Below, piece by piece: positions 24,513-37,550 of a stretch of 64,000 bases of DNA (positions are counted from its first letter, which is position 1; each line of letters opens with the position of its first letter). The DNA comes from Tubulanus polymorphus (Eukaryota > Animalia > Nemertea), in the NCBI RefSeq assembly GCF_964204645.1, contig NC_134032.1:3620175-3684174 (forward strand), in the 5' to 3' direction. Made by a program: the position numbers and the translations under genes. A model generated the notes under the pieces. It worked only from the letters and a program-made list of their open reading frames with translations, ran no database searches and had not been told where the DNA came from.

Positions 24513-25463
24513 TTATTTTAATGAATTTCTACAGCGGATTTTCATACAGAAATATTCACGAATTTCTTGTCCCAGTAAAAGGTATATGTAGAAATTGATG
24601 ACATAATTACATGATTCGAACTGGGAGGAAATATCTATGAGGAAGTCTGTATGTTCCGGTGAGATTTGTAAAAGTACGACCAGCGAGTTTGGCAGTGTAA
24701 AAGTTGCAAATGCGAGTGAAACTGTTAGAAGCATTATTGTTGTACGTTTTGATTTTGTAGTTTTCTGATCGGACGAAACCATTTTTGAACCCCTGAATAA
24801 CTGAATTATTATGACAGAATTTGATATTATTATGAAAGTTAACGGTACAAGAAAAACGTATATTACACATATCATAAAAAGTAAGGTTTGGTCCCAAGAC
24901 TTGTAGTAACATCCGAAAGGAAAAATAAATTTCATTGTTGCTACTGGATGAACACCAATTACGAATGCATTTATTGTGGACATAAAAGCAATGACGCATC
25001 GGGCGAATCTGGGTGTACATATCAAACGAGATGTGAACGGGAAGAGAACAACTGCCGCACGTTCTAGAGATATCGCTACTATTAACCAGGCACTATTGGC
25101 GCCCATCGAATTTATTAAGAATTCGTATATTTGACAACTGATCAGTGAATTTACCAAGATTATTTGAGCAGTATTTAGACTAAAGTGAACAAACTGTAAA
25201 ATAGGCATCAGCGTAAAACCAACACAGAACACTAAATCACTGATAGACAAAGCGATCAGGTAGTTAGCGTAAGATAAACTGCGGAATCTGCGACTTATCA
25301 TTATCAGGAATGTAGCCGAATTTCCAAACGCTCCTAACAAGAACATGACAAGCAATATGACCAATGAAACTGTACGGTAGGTGCCAGACTTGTTCACCAA
25401 TGCCATTAGAACGATGTAACTGCTGTAAGGTCGTCCAACTAAGTGCATCTCAGTATAATTCAT
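24513..25463 (-). CDS. Intronless rhodopsin-like 7TM GPCR (FMRFamide/peptide-receptor-like, chemoreceptor-type expansion)
   Basis: 316 aa with seven hydrophobic segments; GN in TM1, LSISD in TM2, SAWLIVAISLER in TM3, FTLP in TM6, NYVINFYIY in TM7. Confidence 0.92.
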   Translation of the reverse strand: MNYTEMHLVGRPYSSYIVLMALVNKSGTYRTVSLVILLVMFLLGAFGNSATFLIMISRRFRSLSYANYLIALSISDLVFCVGFTLMPILQFVHFSLNTAQIILVNSLISCQIYEFLINSMGANSAWLIVAISLERAAVVLFPFTSRLICTPRFARCVIAFMSTINAFVIGVHPVATMKFIFPFGCYYKSWDQTLLFMICVIYVFLVPLTFIIISNSVIIIQLFRGSKMVSSDQKTTKSKRTTIMLLTVSLAFATFTLPNSLVVLLQISPEHTDFLIDISSQFESCNYVINFYIYLLLGQEIREYFCMKIRCRNSLK

Positions 25464-26374
25464 CTCGGATCAACAAGTAGCACGTTAGAAATTACAAATC
25501 TATTAGAAACTTCTAAATGTTATATCCTATTGTAATTTCTTGTTTGCCTTCAAATTCTAGCAAATCAAATTAGCATCCAAATCTTAATCCTCATACTTCC
25601 ATGTAATATTAATGGATGGTCGTCTCCGCTGCATGGAATGGCTGCATTCTCTGATGAATCGATAAATTAATTTCACGAGATAGAGATCCGTGTGGTTACA
25701 AAATGTCTTATTTACAAGTCTTACTGGTGATAGCTATTCTTCATTCATTAGAGATACTGTCAAACTATTCGCCATATAGGATTGATGGTATCATACTGTT
25801 TGCACGCACTCTCGCATATTTGTATAATTAATTTGATAGGAATACAGTCTTATTCTTGATAGCTATCTACCGTTAGAGAAATAAAGTTACTTTATGGTTG
25901 ACACAATTTGGCACGAATAAAATATCAGAAATCTTACGAAATATACTCACATCTATCATCCACTTATAGTTAAAACGGTCGGAATAGCTGAAATTCGGTC
26001 CGCTGGAAGAAGATGAGAAACAAAGCTAAGGCTTATCATTTATCAAAGGCTTATCAAAGAAAAAAAAAACATGAAAAATATATGTTAATTTTGAAAAATT
26101 TAAGGTGGTTCGTCTGCTACCCCGAACCCTCGCTCGTCGCGGTCCTGCCTTTTTATAACCATGACATCACATGAATATCTGCTCTATAAGATGCTATGAC
26201 CATTGAATTACATTGCATAGGCTCCCTTTTATAATGAATGAATTTCCATCGGTAACTTGATCGTAGCTTCGGACATTTATAGATTGAATGAATGGCAAGT
26301 AATGTCTGGCTGTAACCAATCCCCTGTGTAATATACCCATCTCGCTTTTACATTATTATGAAACTATCTACCCT

Positions 26375-26858
26375 GCGAAAATCGTTCATCAAATTAGGCA
26401 AGTCTCTACTCGGCGTAAAGAAACGCTCTGTTAATGCAGCTGCTTGTACCTTCTTGCCACTACGGTCAAATACTGGCTGCGCTCTCTAAAATAGACATTT
26501 CGACAATGGTATGTAAAGCATATCATGAAGACCTAATGTCTATGCACTCTACCCAGAACTGGTGCACAAATCTCCACTCACTTCTAGGATGCCACGACCT
26601 CTCAGGTGTTTGGTTCAATCGGTTTAAACCATCCCAACAAATAATTAATCTTCTGTAATCTAAAATGAAAGCCCTTTATTCATCTAGCTCAAAGAAATGA
26701 ACGACTCAAACAATAAACCCAAAACACCAATCCTACAAACTATTTAAATCACGCTTTATTAAAGAAATCATTTTCTTGCCAAAAACTTCACAAATCGCCG
26801 CGAATTCTCCGAATTACGCCTTGGGTCCCGCCATCTTCGTTTTGAAACTGGACGATAT
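26375..26858 (+). mobile_element. Degenerate fragment of the LINE family at 5053-7775 (ORF2 C-terminal part)
   Basis: Broken frames give LGKSLLGVKKRSVNAA, NWCTNLHSLL..DLSGVW and RREFSELRLGSRHLRFETGRYH, matching the 5272-6480 protein. Confidence 0.8.
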
Positions 26859-29216
26859 CACAGTGTCCGAATATGTGAACTGGGTTATATTTCACTGCAG
26901 GAGATACGTAACGGCGAGGGGACTGAAACAGTATTACTATAAATAACCTGTCTCAGTGACACACGCATTCTTTCTTTTTGAATTTATTTTTCTTACCACT
27001 TTCATACGGGAAGCCTCTGACACGGTAGGTTTTGATATTTTTAAAGTATGTTTCATGCGTTAAGGATAAAGTTTAGATATATTTCTGGATCATGTTTCTT
27101 TACGTCAATACAGTGCATCCATTGACTGGTAGCCCCGGGAATATCACTTACAGAAAAATAAAATTTTCTTTTGCAAAATTTAGAAACAAGTGAAACTATT
27201 GGTTAGTTAAATGACATGAAATATCTGAGTAATGCAATTCAATGTGATTGGTTCCAAAAAGATAATCGAACCCCAGCGATTGATGGCAATATTATACAAA
27301 TTCAACACAATGGGACAGATGAATTATTCCAAGTAGTCCGATTGCACGCTCGTAAAGACAGAAGGAATAATGTTATTCTGTATACCTATGCTTGTTTTAG
27401 TTAAACTATGCTTGTACGGGAAATTCAGATTTTTTTCATGTACTGCGTACAGGGATCATTATATGGGAGATAATAAGATTTAGTATGGAATTTGCAAAAA
27501 ATATAAGTGGATTTCTGAAAATATATAATTGTCCATGAATGAGAATGATTGACCTGGAGAATATAGGCATTCAAATTTTCAAATTCATACTTTTGAAAGG
27601 TTCAAGCATCGTTTAAAAAATCACGGAACTGTCTGATATTTACATATAGTGTTCCATCAACTATCGGTATTTTGTAAGGTTTTACAAATTATTCTATGTC
27701 ATGGCAACCCTGTATTCAGCGGAGAAGTGGCTCATTCCAGATTTAATTAAGTTTTAGTTTTACCTTCCTGAGAGCGCATTGAGGTTTTGCCTTTTTTCAA
27801 AAAAACCTTTTGTGTAAGTTGCGATCCTAATGCAGCTAGCAGTTAGAAAGTGTAGATGTCGTCAAAAACGAATATTATCTGATTTTTTACACGAACCCGT
27901 CATAATCCAATGAAATTTGTTTGCTAAGTTTGTCAATAAGCGAAAGTTTTCTTTTAAGGTAAAACATACGGTTTTATGTCCAGATTCTTGCCGCAAAAAC
28001 AGAAGCTCCGCCTTAATGTCCGGCAAACGAAGATGAACCGACGTCGTGCGTGCGGTTATTTTATACTGGCGGGAGTGACGAGCCAGAGACACGTCACACG
28101 TACATCTGATCGGGTTGCCACGGCTCCTGCGTGTCCAGACCTTGAAACAAAAATCCCCAAACTTCCCCTAAATTCTCTGCCTCCTCTTCTTTTCATTGTC
28201 TTGTCAAATCTTCTATTGCTTTTCTCGATTTTTTCATGTTCCCTCATAATAAAGTCGAATTTTTTTGTGACACGGTTTGTGCTTAAACATTTTTATACCC
28301 ACGCTGTCTTGTGAAATAAAATGAAAATTACAGCGTTAATTCGTTCGAGCTACCCCGGAATCAATCTCTTTCCTCGTTTTTGTAGAGAGCATCTTACGAT
28401 TGCAAAATGTGATCAATTTTTAACTTACTAATTTAATCAAAAACTTAACGAATCAGTTAAATAGAGCTACCCCGGAAACCTGAACTTGGTTTATTTCTAC
28501 GATATGTAATCTTGCATTAGATTATTTTGTTAGAATGTGTTCTTTTGGTCATCTTTCCTACGCGCGTAGTACATGTATTGATAAAGAATATTATACTGAA
28601 TTCATGACGAGGGCCATTTCATTAAAAAGTTTCATATGTCATGTACTGTAATACGAGTCGCGGCCACTAATGGTAACATTTTAACCGATGTTGAAGAAGC
28701 TAATTCCCACGGTCAATGTTATAAAATAAAAACTGATTTCAACTGCGTTCACTGTAAGAGCTGTGGAGATATTTAACAGCGTTCAGTTGAAATCTCATTA
28801 TTTCTATTCAGTTAGAAGTGTAAAGATCGAGGTCTATAATGATTAAGGCGTAACCAGGAGGTCACAAATATTATAAGCTGATTCACGGCTCAAGGAATGC
28901 ATCCACCATGCATTTGCCTTGTGATATAAATGTGTTTGTTAATATTCACTTGACCTGCGTTTCGGGAACAATACTTTTCTACCTGCTTGTAAGCTAATTT
29001 TGTATGTCCCGATTCCAATTTTGTCAAATAAATTCGAACCTTCAGCTAGACTCCTGACTCGTCATTTTTGGTCTCTCGGCCATGACTATGACAGTGTTCA
29101 AAACCTTACTCGATTCACTAAATTCAGTTATTTGTCTACAGTGCAGTACATTTTTATAGGAAAAATAACTTTAAGAACTGACTGACTTGTGTCTTTCATG
29201 TGTCTCAACTCAATCC

Positions 29217-29850
29217 TTAGGCACATCAAAAGAAAACCCTGTTTCTCGGGCCCGACCGACCCAATATTTTGTCATTTGAAATAACCATTTTCGAAATAAA
29301 ATAAAATTGCCTACCGACCCTATTTCAAAATTGTGGATTAGATGACTATTTTCAAAAATATATATGTGGCCGACCGACTACAAAGCTCTCCATTCTCGTA
29401 AATATTTTTTCTTTTTCGTGAAATCGTGATGTCGGCACCGAGACGACATGATAAAAATATCTTATTACATCGGATTTAACAATCTTATACTGGATATAGA
29501 CAACGATGCTCATCAGATATTGGCGACCTTGGATTGTAAAATTCCAGGAATTCCGTATACAATATATTATACGCCTATTCAAGATTTTGATGTTTTCCTT
29601 TTTATAAACAGTTTCCAAGTGTGAAATATAATACAAAAAACATCAACTTCCCTTTATTATTGTGGTCGTCTAGCTGCTAATCCTACTTTTAACTGGAAAT
29701 TTGGTCCCGTAAAAATTATTTACGGCGACCTACCCGCTGTCAGAAGAATACCCGAAATATTTTTCTATACAAACAAAAAAAAATTCCCTACCGACCTACC
29801 CATTTTTGTGATTGCCCAGCCGAGAAACATGATTTTTTTGTGTGGCCTTA
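29217..29850. mobile_element. MITE-like element with CCGACC sub-repeats
   Basis: Imperfect TIRs taggcacatcaaaagaaaaccctgtttctcggg ... ccgagaaacatgatttttttgtgtggcctta. Confidence 0.55.
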
Positions 29851-31004
29851 TGAGAATTCTTGGAGGCAAAACGAAATACGTACGTATTGACACCGTTCGA
29901 TATCTTTATACGTCTTTAAATTTTTTGACCTTCATACGAAAAAAGACCGAATGAAAACATGTATGAATGCAATGGCTGGCCATCTTACAATATTCTGACT
30001 TCGTTGAGAATTATTATTATCGAGCCAAGTGACTTGTCAAATTTCACGCTCCAACACTCACCTATCAATAGTGAGTTAAGTGTAAGATTTTGATTGGCAC
30101 TTTCATCTAGGCGTGTCATAGATTTCCAGGTATTGTTGTCGGTACGAACTGTGGTAATAATTATTTTACCACGGTTCCCTCTGAGAGGGCTGGCCACTTA
30201 AAGGTGATATCTGACATCAATGTGTTTCATGTAAACGTAGTACCGGTAACAGTCTAAATTTGAACGAGAAACACACGCTCGGATTTTAAGATGAATAATA
30301 ATCCGTTAGTAAAGAAATTAACGTTTAGGCAATAAAGAAATTATATGTAATCTAAAAACTCTGCTGATCAGCTGGATGTCGAATTGGTGACGAGTTTTAT
30401 ACAGTTGAATTCATACCACAGAATACGATTTAGACCGGACCTCGTGCCAGTTCCAACCACAGAATAGTCCGTTCAAAAATTTGGATCGGACCTGGGTTCG
30501 CTCTTTTAGGTCCGTCAAAAACCGGTCTAAAATGGAAAAGGCAAATTCGGAATGGATTGTTTGCTCGTGTGAACGCTTGGTCTGGTCAAACTGGACCGGA
30601 CCAAGTTTAGGCCGGTCTTAACGATGTCGAGTGAACACCCCTTTAAACTTCACTCGGGGTAGACTATCTTGCAAGTCTCAAATTTACCGAAGTATAAGAC
30701 ATGTATGGCTCTCATTCGTATGACAATATGTATGGTTTTGAATTAATTTGTTTGTAGAACAATTCAAATTACTTTCGGGAATAGCATAATCGTCGAGCAG
30801 TGAATAAATATTGAACACAAAGATTCGGTAATTATCGAGAAACGAGAGCAGACGCGGGAGGGAAGTTTTGTTCCCGAATGACAAAAACAAATACCAGTAA
30901 TGCAAGTAAATAAAGTAAGTTTAATTAAAGCAAGTAATATGCATAAAATCTTTTTGTTCATGCCTTTAACCAAGTCCACTAGCCGCTCATAAAAAACCCT
31001 TGCC

Positions 31005-31275
31005 AGGGACTACGTTTGACTATGAACTCCCATTGAACTCTATTTTCAGCCAAATAACTAGTATAAAATAACTACTTTTACATCGGCCAATGAAGTCTTG
31101 AATGAGATAATTACTCGCATGCGGTTGCTACTATTTTCAGCCAAATAACTAGCAACCGCATGCGAGTAATTATCTCATTCAAGACTTCATTGGCCGATGT
31201 AAAAGTAGTTATTTTATACTAGTTATTTGGCTGAAAATAGAGTTCAACGGGAGTTTATAGTCAAACGTAGTCCCT
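31005..31275. repeat. Long near-perfect palindrome (126-bp arms, 19-bp spacer)
   Basis: 31005-31130 is the reverse complement of 31150-31275 with 2 mismatches. Confidence 0.95.
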
Positions 31276-31479
31276 CGCTCAAAATAGTAAAACGCTCAAA
31301 AACGAAATACTCCGTCTTAGCGCGGTAAGATTTGTTTCTGCGCGCCCGCAAAAACAAACTTTAAGCGCAAAACGGAATATAACGTTTTTGCGCGCTAAAA
31401 CTTTGTTTTTCGCGGTCGTCAAGTAATGCGAAAAAAAAACATATATTTAGATAATTTACGCGCGCTACTATGATGTCAC

Positions 31480-32332
31480 GCTGTCGCCATCTATTAGATT
31501 AAACGGTAACTTAAGAAATGATTAATCTATGTAGTTGTATTAATTGATTTCAAAGAAAAACTAACTTGATTCAAGTTTACGACCCCTTGATGAATAAATA
31601 TATGCATATATCGTTTGTTATTATCGTCTTCGATTGATCACAATACAATGAAGTTTTATTGTTGAAAATACCGATAGTTGAATATGATTGACCGGCAACC
31701 AGTCTAGCCCCATCATATATTGATAACGTAGGCACACCAGCCAACACACAACGATATTAATAACGCGTGGTAGTTATTAATGCATGTTAACATATCGTAT
31801 CGGTTTTTACGGTGTCGCAAAACCTTTCAAAATACTAAGAAAAATATCGGCATAACTTTCTGCTAGTTTTCTACCTTAAATACAGATATTTATCTTCATT
31901 TCTGAAAGATTCATTTTCTGAGAGACATTTCTAGCAGAACATTGAATTGGAATCTGCAGCACTTGGTCCGAACGTGTTAGATATAAATACCGTGCACGTT
32001 ATATTAAAGTAAAAAAAAACAATTCCCATATTAGACCATGCGTTAGATTTGTAGATACAGAATTAGTAAAAATAAATGAAATTTGACGTTTTTCGTTTGT
32101 TTACATTGCTTTACGTCGTTTAGATCTCTATTTGTCCTATGACTAACCCTATTGAACATTTTGTAATGTTTCGCCAGTTGGGTTAAATAGTAGGGTTAGA
32201 TTGAAAAAGCTATTTTCAGATTTTTCTACCAGTTCCAATTTATATTCAAATCGTATGTTAATGAGGGGTGGGACTAGGTAGATCTAACAAGTTATCACAT
32301 AGAAACTGTTTGATCTAATAGATGGCGACAGC
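31480..32332. mobile_element. Segment bounded by 20-bp inverted repeats (MITE-like)
   Basis: GCTGTCGCCATCTATTAGAT (31480-31499) / ATCTAATAGATGGCGACAGC (32313-32332), embedded in gcgcg/aaaaacaaa-type repeats. Confidence 0.6.
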
Positions 32333-33308
32333 ATACCTGCAGGCGTAATATTTTTTAAGTTCACGACCGCTGGCGATTAAAAAAAAATATTCGGATTATT
32401 TCGTTTTTGCGCGTCTTAAGTTTGTTTTTGCGCAGTAATATTTGTTTTTGCGCGGTCAGATTTGTTTTTGCGCGTTTTCGTGGAGGACGAAAAAAAAATT
32501 TACATGTCCCGAATCAGCCACCATAGCTCGACCGATAGGTCGACACATATAAAAGGCAAGCGTAGCATTTCGATTCACTATGACCACACTTTATCACAAG
32601 AGGGCCTAAGTAATCTAAATCCGTATAATCGAAATATGGGACCGATACTACTCGACTGCTAGAACCGATACTGCTCGATTGCTAGGCAAAGGCAGATGTA
32701 GTGGAAGGTTGACCCTGAATACACTTGCATTTAAAACATGGCTTTAATTACGTTTTAACGCGCTGTCTGAGATCTGGAATTCAATAACGAGTTCGCACAT
32801 CGGCGATGGTAGCATTTACACGTAGATGAAAATTCAAGAATGTGATCTAGAAATCACCAAATCCACAAATTTTTGATACTTTGGCAACGAAATAGGATAG
32901 GTCTCTTTGCCAAATCAGAAATGTCAGCATCGTCGATTCTGCCGTTTGAATGTATTATTCCATCGTCACCGATACATAACTGTAAGTTTTCAATCAATCT
33001 ATCAGTAACTGGAGCTCAATTATGTAAGAAAACTATTATACCAATATCCGAGTAAAAGATCGAAAGTATTTGTATTTGATGATGTTGTGATAATAATATG
33101 GATTCGGGAGTCAAAAAATCCAGTTCAAAGTTCAGTGAAAATGAACTAATTTTGACAACGGATGACCTACTGCTCTTCACGCCATCTGGCGGGATAGCTG
33201 GTTTTGCGGGTTGTTAGATATTTGTATTAGGGGAAACCTGCTCTGCATGCTGATGCTAGTTTTTAGAAGTAGGCATTGCATAATCGGAAGTCAAAGTATT
33301 CGCATCTC

Positions 33309-34514
33309 CTATTGAATTTTATTACATGGATCAGTATTGTAGTAGAACAGTTTTATAAATAGTCTTCTAAAAACTTGTAACGTACCGAAATATATGAAAA
33401 AGTTTACGCAGAACAAGACGTTTCGAAATCCGTAGAATATTCCTTCGAATTCACGCCACAAAACTATTAGGTAAAACGTTCTAGTAGGGGATTCATAAAA
33501 ATTAATACGATGGTTTATCCAGATCACATACATGAGAAATTCGTTGAAGTTATGCGTGAATTTAGTGACAGTGTTGGGTAGAACACAAATTATATAGACT
33601 AAAATGACAACTAGAAGTGTTTTACTGGTCGATGACCGAAAGCGTTCTGCCCCTGTTCTATTCAACATGGTAGATTTCTAAGCACGTGATAAACCAGTTA
33701 GGATTGATGCTATGATGACCGCAATGGCCGGAAATATCTCCTGAAAGAATACGCTTGCCATTGTTATAATGACATAATGAAATTGGTTCATCCTATCAGA
33801 CTGCTTGCAACTGAATTGAGTGAAGGTTTCGTAATATCTACGAGCCGCATTGCGATAAATGTAGATGCTTTTACTTGAAGAATCGAGGTTTATGATGTAG
33901 GAAAACACTATGACACCACATACTATGACGACACGCCGCTTGTAGGTGAAATATCTCATATGAAAGAATGGAAAACGTATAGAAACAAATCTTTCAACAG
34001 CAATTGCTAAGACTATGTAGTGTGATACTGCTATTGCTTGGTTGTAAGATATGTTAACCAACAAGCATTTTGGAATTAATTTGTTAGGAATGTACTGAAA
34101 ATAATAATAGAAATGGTACAATGATGATGAACACAGTTTGCCATGTTTCGACAATGTCATATAGTTATCTCCACATATTTTCGGGTAAAATTGGAATTTA
34201 ACCAGGATGTATTTCAAATAATATGGAAAGTTGCTCAGCTTGATAAATAAAACAATTTGTTCCGAAAACGCGAGAGTTATGAGATAGGGGAACGTGTAAC
34301 GAACAGTCTGGTATCTGCGACATTTTATCAGTAGAATTATTGTCAGAAAGTTGAACACACTTCCGAGTGAAAACACTAACAAAGTAAATGTGTAGAAGTT
34401 GAGAAGATAAGCGCATCTAGTAAAACTTCTAAAGGCTGTAATAAAAGCTGGTGTCCTAGCAGCGTATGAGAGTCGCTGGGTTGTAGTAACGGCGATGATA
34501 GTAACATTATTCAT
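33309..34514 (-). pseudogene. Intronless rhodopsin-like GPCR with one in-frame TAG
   Basis: ORFs 33678-34514 and 33309-33668 are in the same frame (GCT TAG AAA TCT ACC ATG). Motifs: LAIAVERFVSIRFP (TM3), ICVLP (TM6), FCVNFFIY (TM7). Confidence 0.85.
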
Positions 34515-35449
34515 ATATGATACCAGTTGTTTAGAATCCGAATGCTACTCGGTGAACTGCGCAGAAACGCACACGATGCACCCGTCTATCAACTGTTATC
34601 ATTTCTCAACAACCGATATGAAATTACAGTTGAGATGCTCGACATCAAACTCACCGTATATAATTATGAATAAAACGGCACTTCTAATATTACTCACTCT
34701 GGTCCTCTTTCAATCTCAAACAAAGGTTTCAGTCCTCATAATAAACTCCTTTTAAATTGTCAGTACGCCAGGACCCATAACCTAACTATGCGCAGTGATT
34801 CGTGTTATATTTTATTTTCGGACGAAGAAACAAATCTTTAGTACTACGTGTCATAGCAATGTGTCGGATTTTCTATTGCAAATTTTGTTTGAATTTTAAT
34901 CCATGTGTCCGTAAATAAACACAAAAATTATATTGTGTTTGTTTGAAACAGTAAATCACGTAGGCCTAAAAGTAGCACAACTCAATAAACACTTCAAGCG
35001 GCCAAACGGTCTCAGATCACCCGCGGTATCGGAAATACTGAATCCGAATATCAACTGATATCCTGATACTAGTTCAGTCAAAAGTGTTGTGTAATGGATA
35101 GATTATGTATTTGTAAAATAGCTTACACTTCGATTGTATAAGATGGTTACAAATTCCTAAACAAAATCAAACTTGATAAATTTAGATTTAGGTTAAATTT
35201 TCCTTTCAGCTATCTCCGCGTTTGTTCGGCCATGTGATCGTTATCACCGAGCCGTCCGAGTTCAGGAAACACCGACAGTTGCTTCGTTAGATTCTTCTCA
35301 CGTGACTCCAGTTCATCGCTACGCACGTGTTATGAACCGTGATACATTCTGCAAACATGTGCAGGAAATGTCAGTTTATCAATTAACAAACAGAGTCCAC
35401 CGTTGTTTAGGGGAAGGACCGTCTGAACCATACTTGAAATCAGGCATTG

Positions 35450-36400
35450 TTATTTCTCTGAACTCATACAGCCAATCTCCGCATAGAAATATTCGCGAAT
35501 TTCTCGTCTCAGTAATAGGTATATGTAAAAATTAATCACATAATTACAGATTTGAAACGGTGTAAAAATGTCATAAAGAAAATCTCTCTGTTCTACCGGG
35601 ATTGGTAAATATGTAGTAATAGTGGACGGAAGAGTGAACATTGCAAAAGCGAGTGAAACTGTTACAAGCATTATCGTTGTACGTTTTGATTTGGTTGTTT
35701 TCTGATCGGACGAAACCACTTTTGAACCTCTGAATAACTGAATGATTATTACAGAATTTGATGTTAGAATCAAAATCAAAGGTAGAATGTTTACGTAGAC
35801 AACGATCAGAGAGAAATATGTTATTTGCTCAAATGATTCCCCGAAACATCCTAAAAACTGGTCGATGTAATGCATCGACAAAACAGGCGTGAGATATAGA
35901 ACCAGTAAATTCACTGCAGTATTTATCAATATAGTAAATCTAGCGAATCTCGGTGTACATATCAAACGAGTTGTGAACGGGAAGAGCACAATCGCCGCAC
36001 GTTCTTGAGATATCGCTACTATTAACCACGAACTATTGCTGCATGCAAGAATCATTAAAAATTCATATATTTGACAACTGATCAGTGGATTCATCATGAA
36101 TATAGGACCGTCTTTAACTTGATAGAGAACAAACTGTAAAACGGGCATCAGAGTGAAATTGATACAGTACATAAAATCACAAGCAGACAAAGCGATCAAG
36201 TGGTTAGCGTACGATAAACTACGGAATCTGCGACTAATAATTATCAGGAAAGTAGCCGAATTTCCGAATGCTCCTAACAGGAACCAGACGGGCAAAATGA
36301 CCAGTGACACAGTACGGTAGACTCCAGACCTGTTCACTACAGACATGAGAACGATGTAACCAAGATAAGGTCGACCAATTTGCATCTGAGAAGAATTCAT
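35450..36400 (-). CDS. Intronless rhodopsin-like 7TM GPCR, paralog of 24513-25463
   Basis: 316 aa, collinear with the first paralog; SSWLIVAISQER, FTLP, NYVINFYIY. Confidence 0.92.
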   Translation of the reverse strand: MNSSQMQIGRPYLGYIVLMSVVNRSGVYRTVSLVILPVWFLLGAFGNSATFLIIISRRFRSLSYANHLIALSACDFMYCINFTLMPVLQFVLYQVKDGPIFMMNPLISCQIYEFLMILACSNSSWLIVAISQERAAIVLFPFTTRLICTPRFARFTILINTAVNLLVLYLTPVLSMHYIDQFLGCFGESFEQITYFSLIVVYVNILPLILILTSNSVIIIQLFRGSKVVSSDQKTTKSKRTTIMLVTVSLAFAMFTLPSTITTYLPIPVEQRDFLYDIFTPFQICNYVINFYIYLLLRREIREYFYAEIGCMSSEK

Positions 36401-36429
36401 GATTCACGCGGATCAAATGATGGTGTATT

Positions 36430-36715
36430 ACTATCTGAGAGTGTACTGACTGTCTGAGAGTGTGCTGACTGTCTGAGAGTGTGCTGCCTGTCTGATAGTG
36501 TCTGTCTTAGAGTGTACTGACTGTCTGAGAGCTGTACTGGCCTTGCCTTCAATCGGACCAAACTTTGTCCCGACTTTTCGATAGCTGAAGTGGAGAGCTG
36601 GACTGAAAATCAAGCGGCCAGGAGTAAGTACAGAACCGAGTCGATGACGATACCACCTGGGTCTCGTTCGAAGAAGGCAAGCGTGCTAACCCGTAGACCA
36701 ATCGAACCAGCCCAA
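36430..36715 (-). mobile_element. Probable tRNA-derived SINE with a minisatellite tail just upstream of the GPCR start
   Basis: A-box-like TGGTCTACGGGTTAGCAC at the minus-strand 5' end; tandem GTGTRCTGACTGTCTGAGA-type repeats at 36430-36540. B-box is degenerate. Confidence 0.4.
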
Positions 36716-37550
36716 GTCCGATAGATATGAGCTTCTAGTTGTCCGTCGATTTACATTTTTACTTTAATAAGATCACTTTTAATAGTGACGGCATTCATAA
36801 TCAAGATACCTTTCGACCATCTTCGCCCAACCTTCTTTGCTTTTATTCGGATTGAGAAGATTGCGATTTTGAATTTTATAACCGTTTTCATTTAGGGCTC
36901 ATTCCCGCAGACTACGGATCAACGTGGCTTAACTTCACTAGACCGTTTACAATGGTGAGTCTATTTGGTAGTTAGCAGCTTTTCAATGTAAATTGATTAA
37001 CTGGTTATATATATATTCAAAAAACCGTATCAATGTTGATTTCGATGGCTTTATCAGGCGCCCTCGAGGGGTCCACTTAACTAGACATGGGAAAAATGAA
37101 TTACGACATTTTAGCTAGATAAATTTTGCCACCAAGACTTTTCAGAGACAAATATTTTGTCAATGATTCTTACAAACTAGTTCATTCATTCCATTCATTG
37201 AAATACTCCAGCACATTAGCATTCGCTAGTATTGTTGGAGCGTGCGCGTCTGTGTTAAATAATAATAATAATAATAAATTTATTTCCACAATAAAATTAC
37301 AACATGTCATAAAGAGATATACAAATATGAAATGTTTTAATATAATGTGGAGGAGATTAGATGAAGCCAATGAAGGCTTATAAAATCTCTAATCCCCTAG
37401 CATACACCGATTCACTCAACTCATACACACATGCAGTCATACACCTTCACCCAACATGCACCCACACACGTAGTCACTCAGGCGGTCAATCACACTATCT
37501 TTCATTCACTCTTACAATCTGGTAATAGATGGCAGATACAGACAGATTAA

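Noticed and set aside
24607-25020. 137-aa ORF (and its counterpart 46527-46937)
   Set aside because: Alternative frame of the GPCR sequence.
26859-26865. RSS heptamer CACAGTG as a Transib/RAG-type terminus
   Set aside because: It marks where the LINE fragment ends, but the only inverted partner (~46082) is part of the segmental duplication; no nonamer or TSD.
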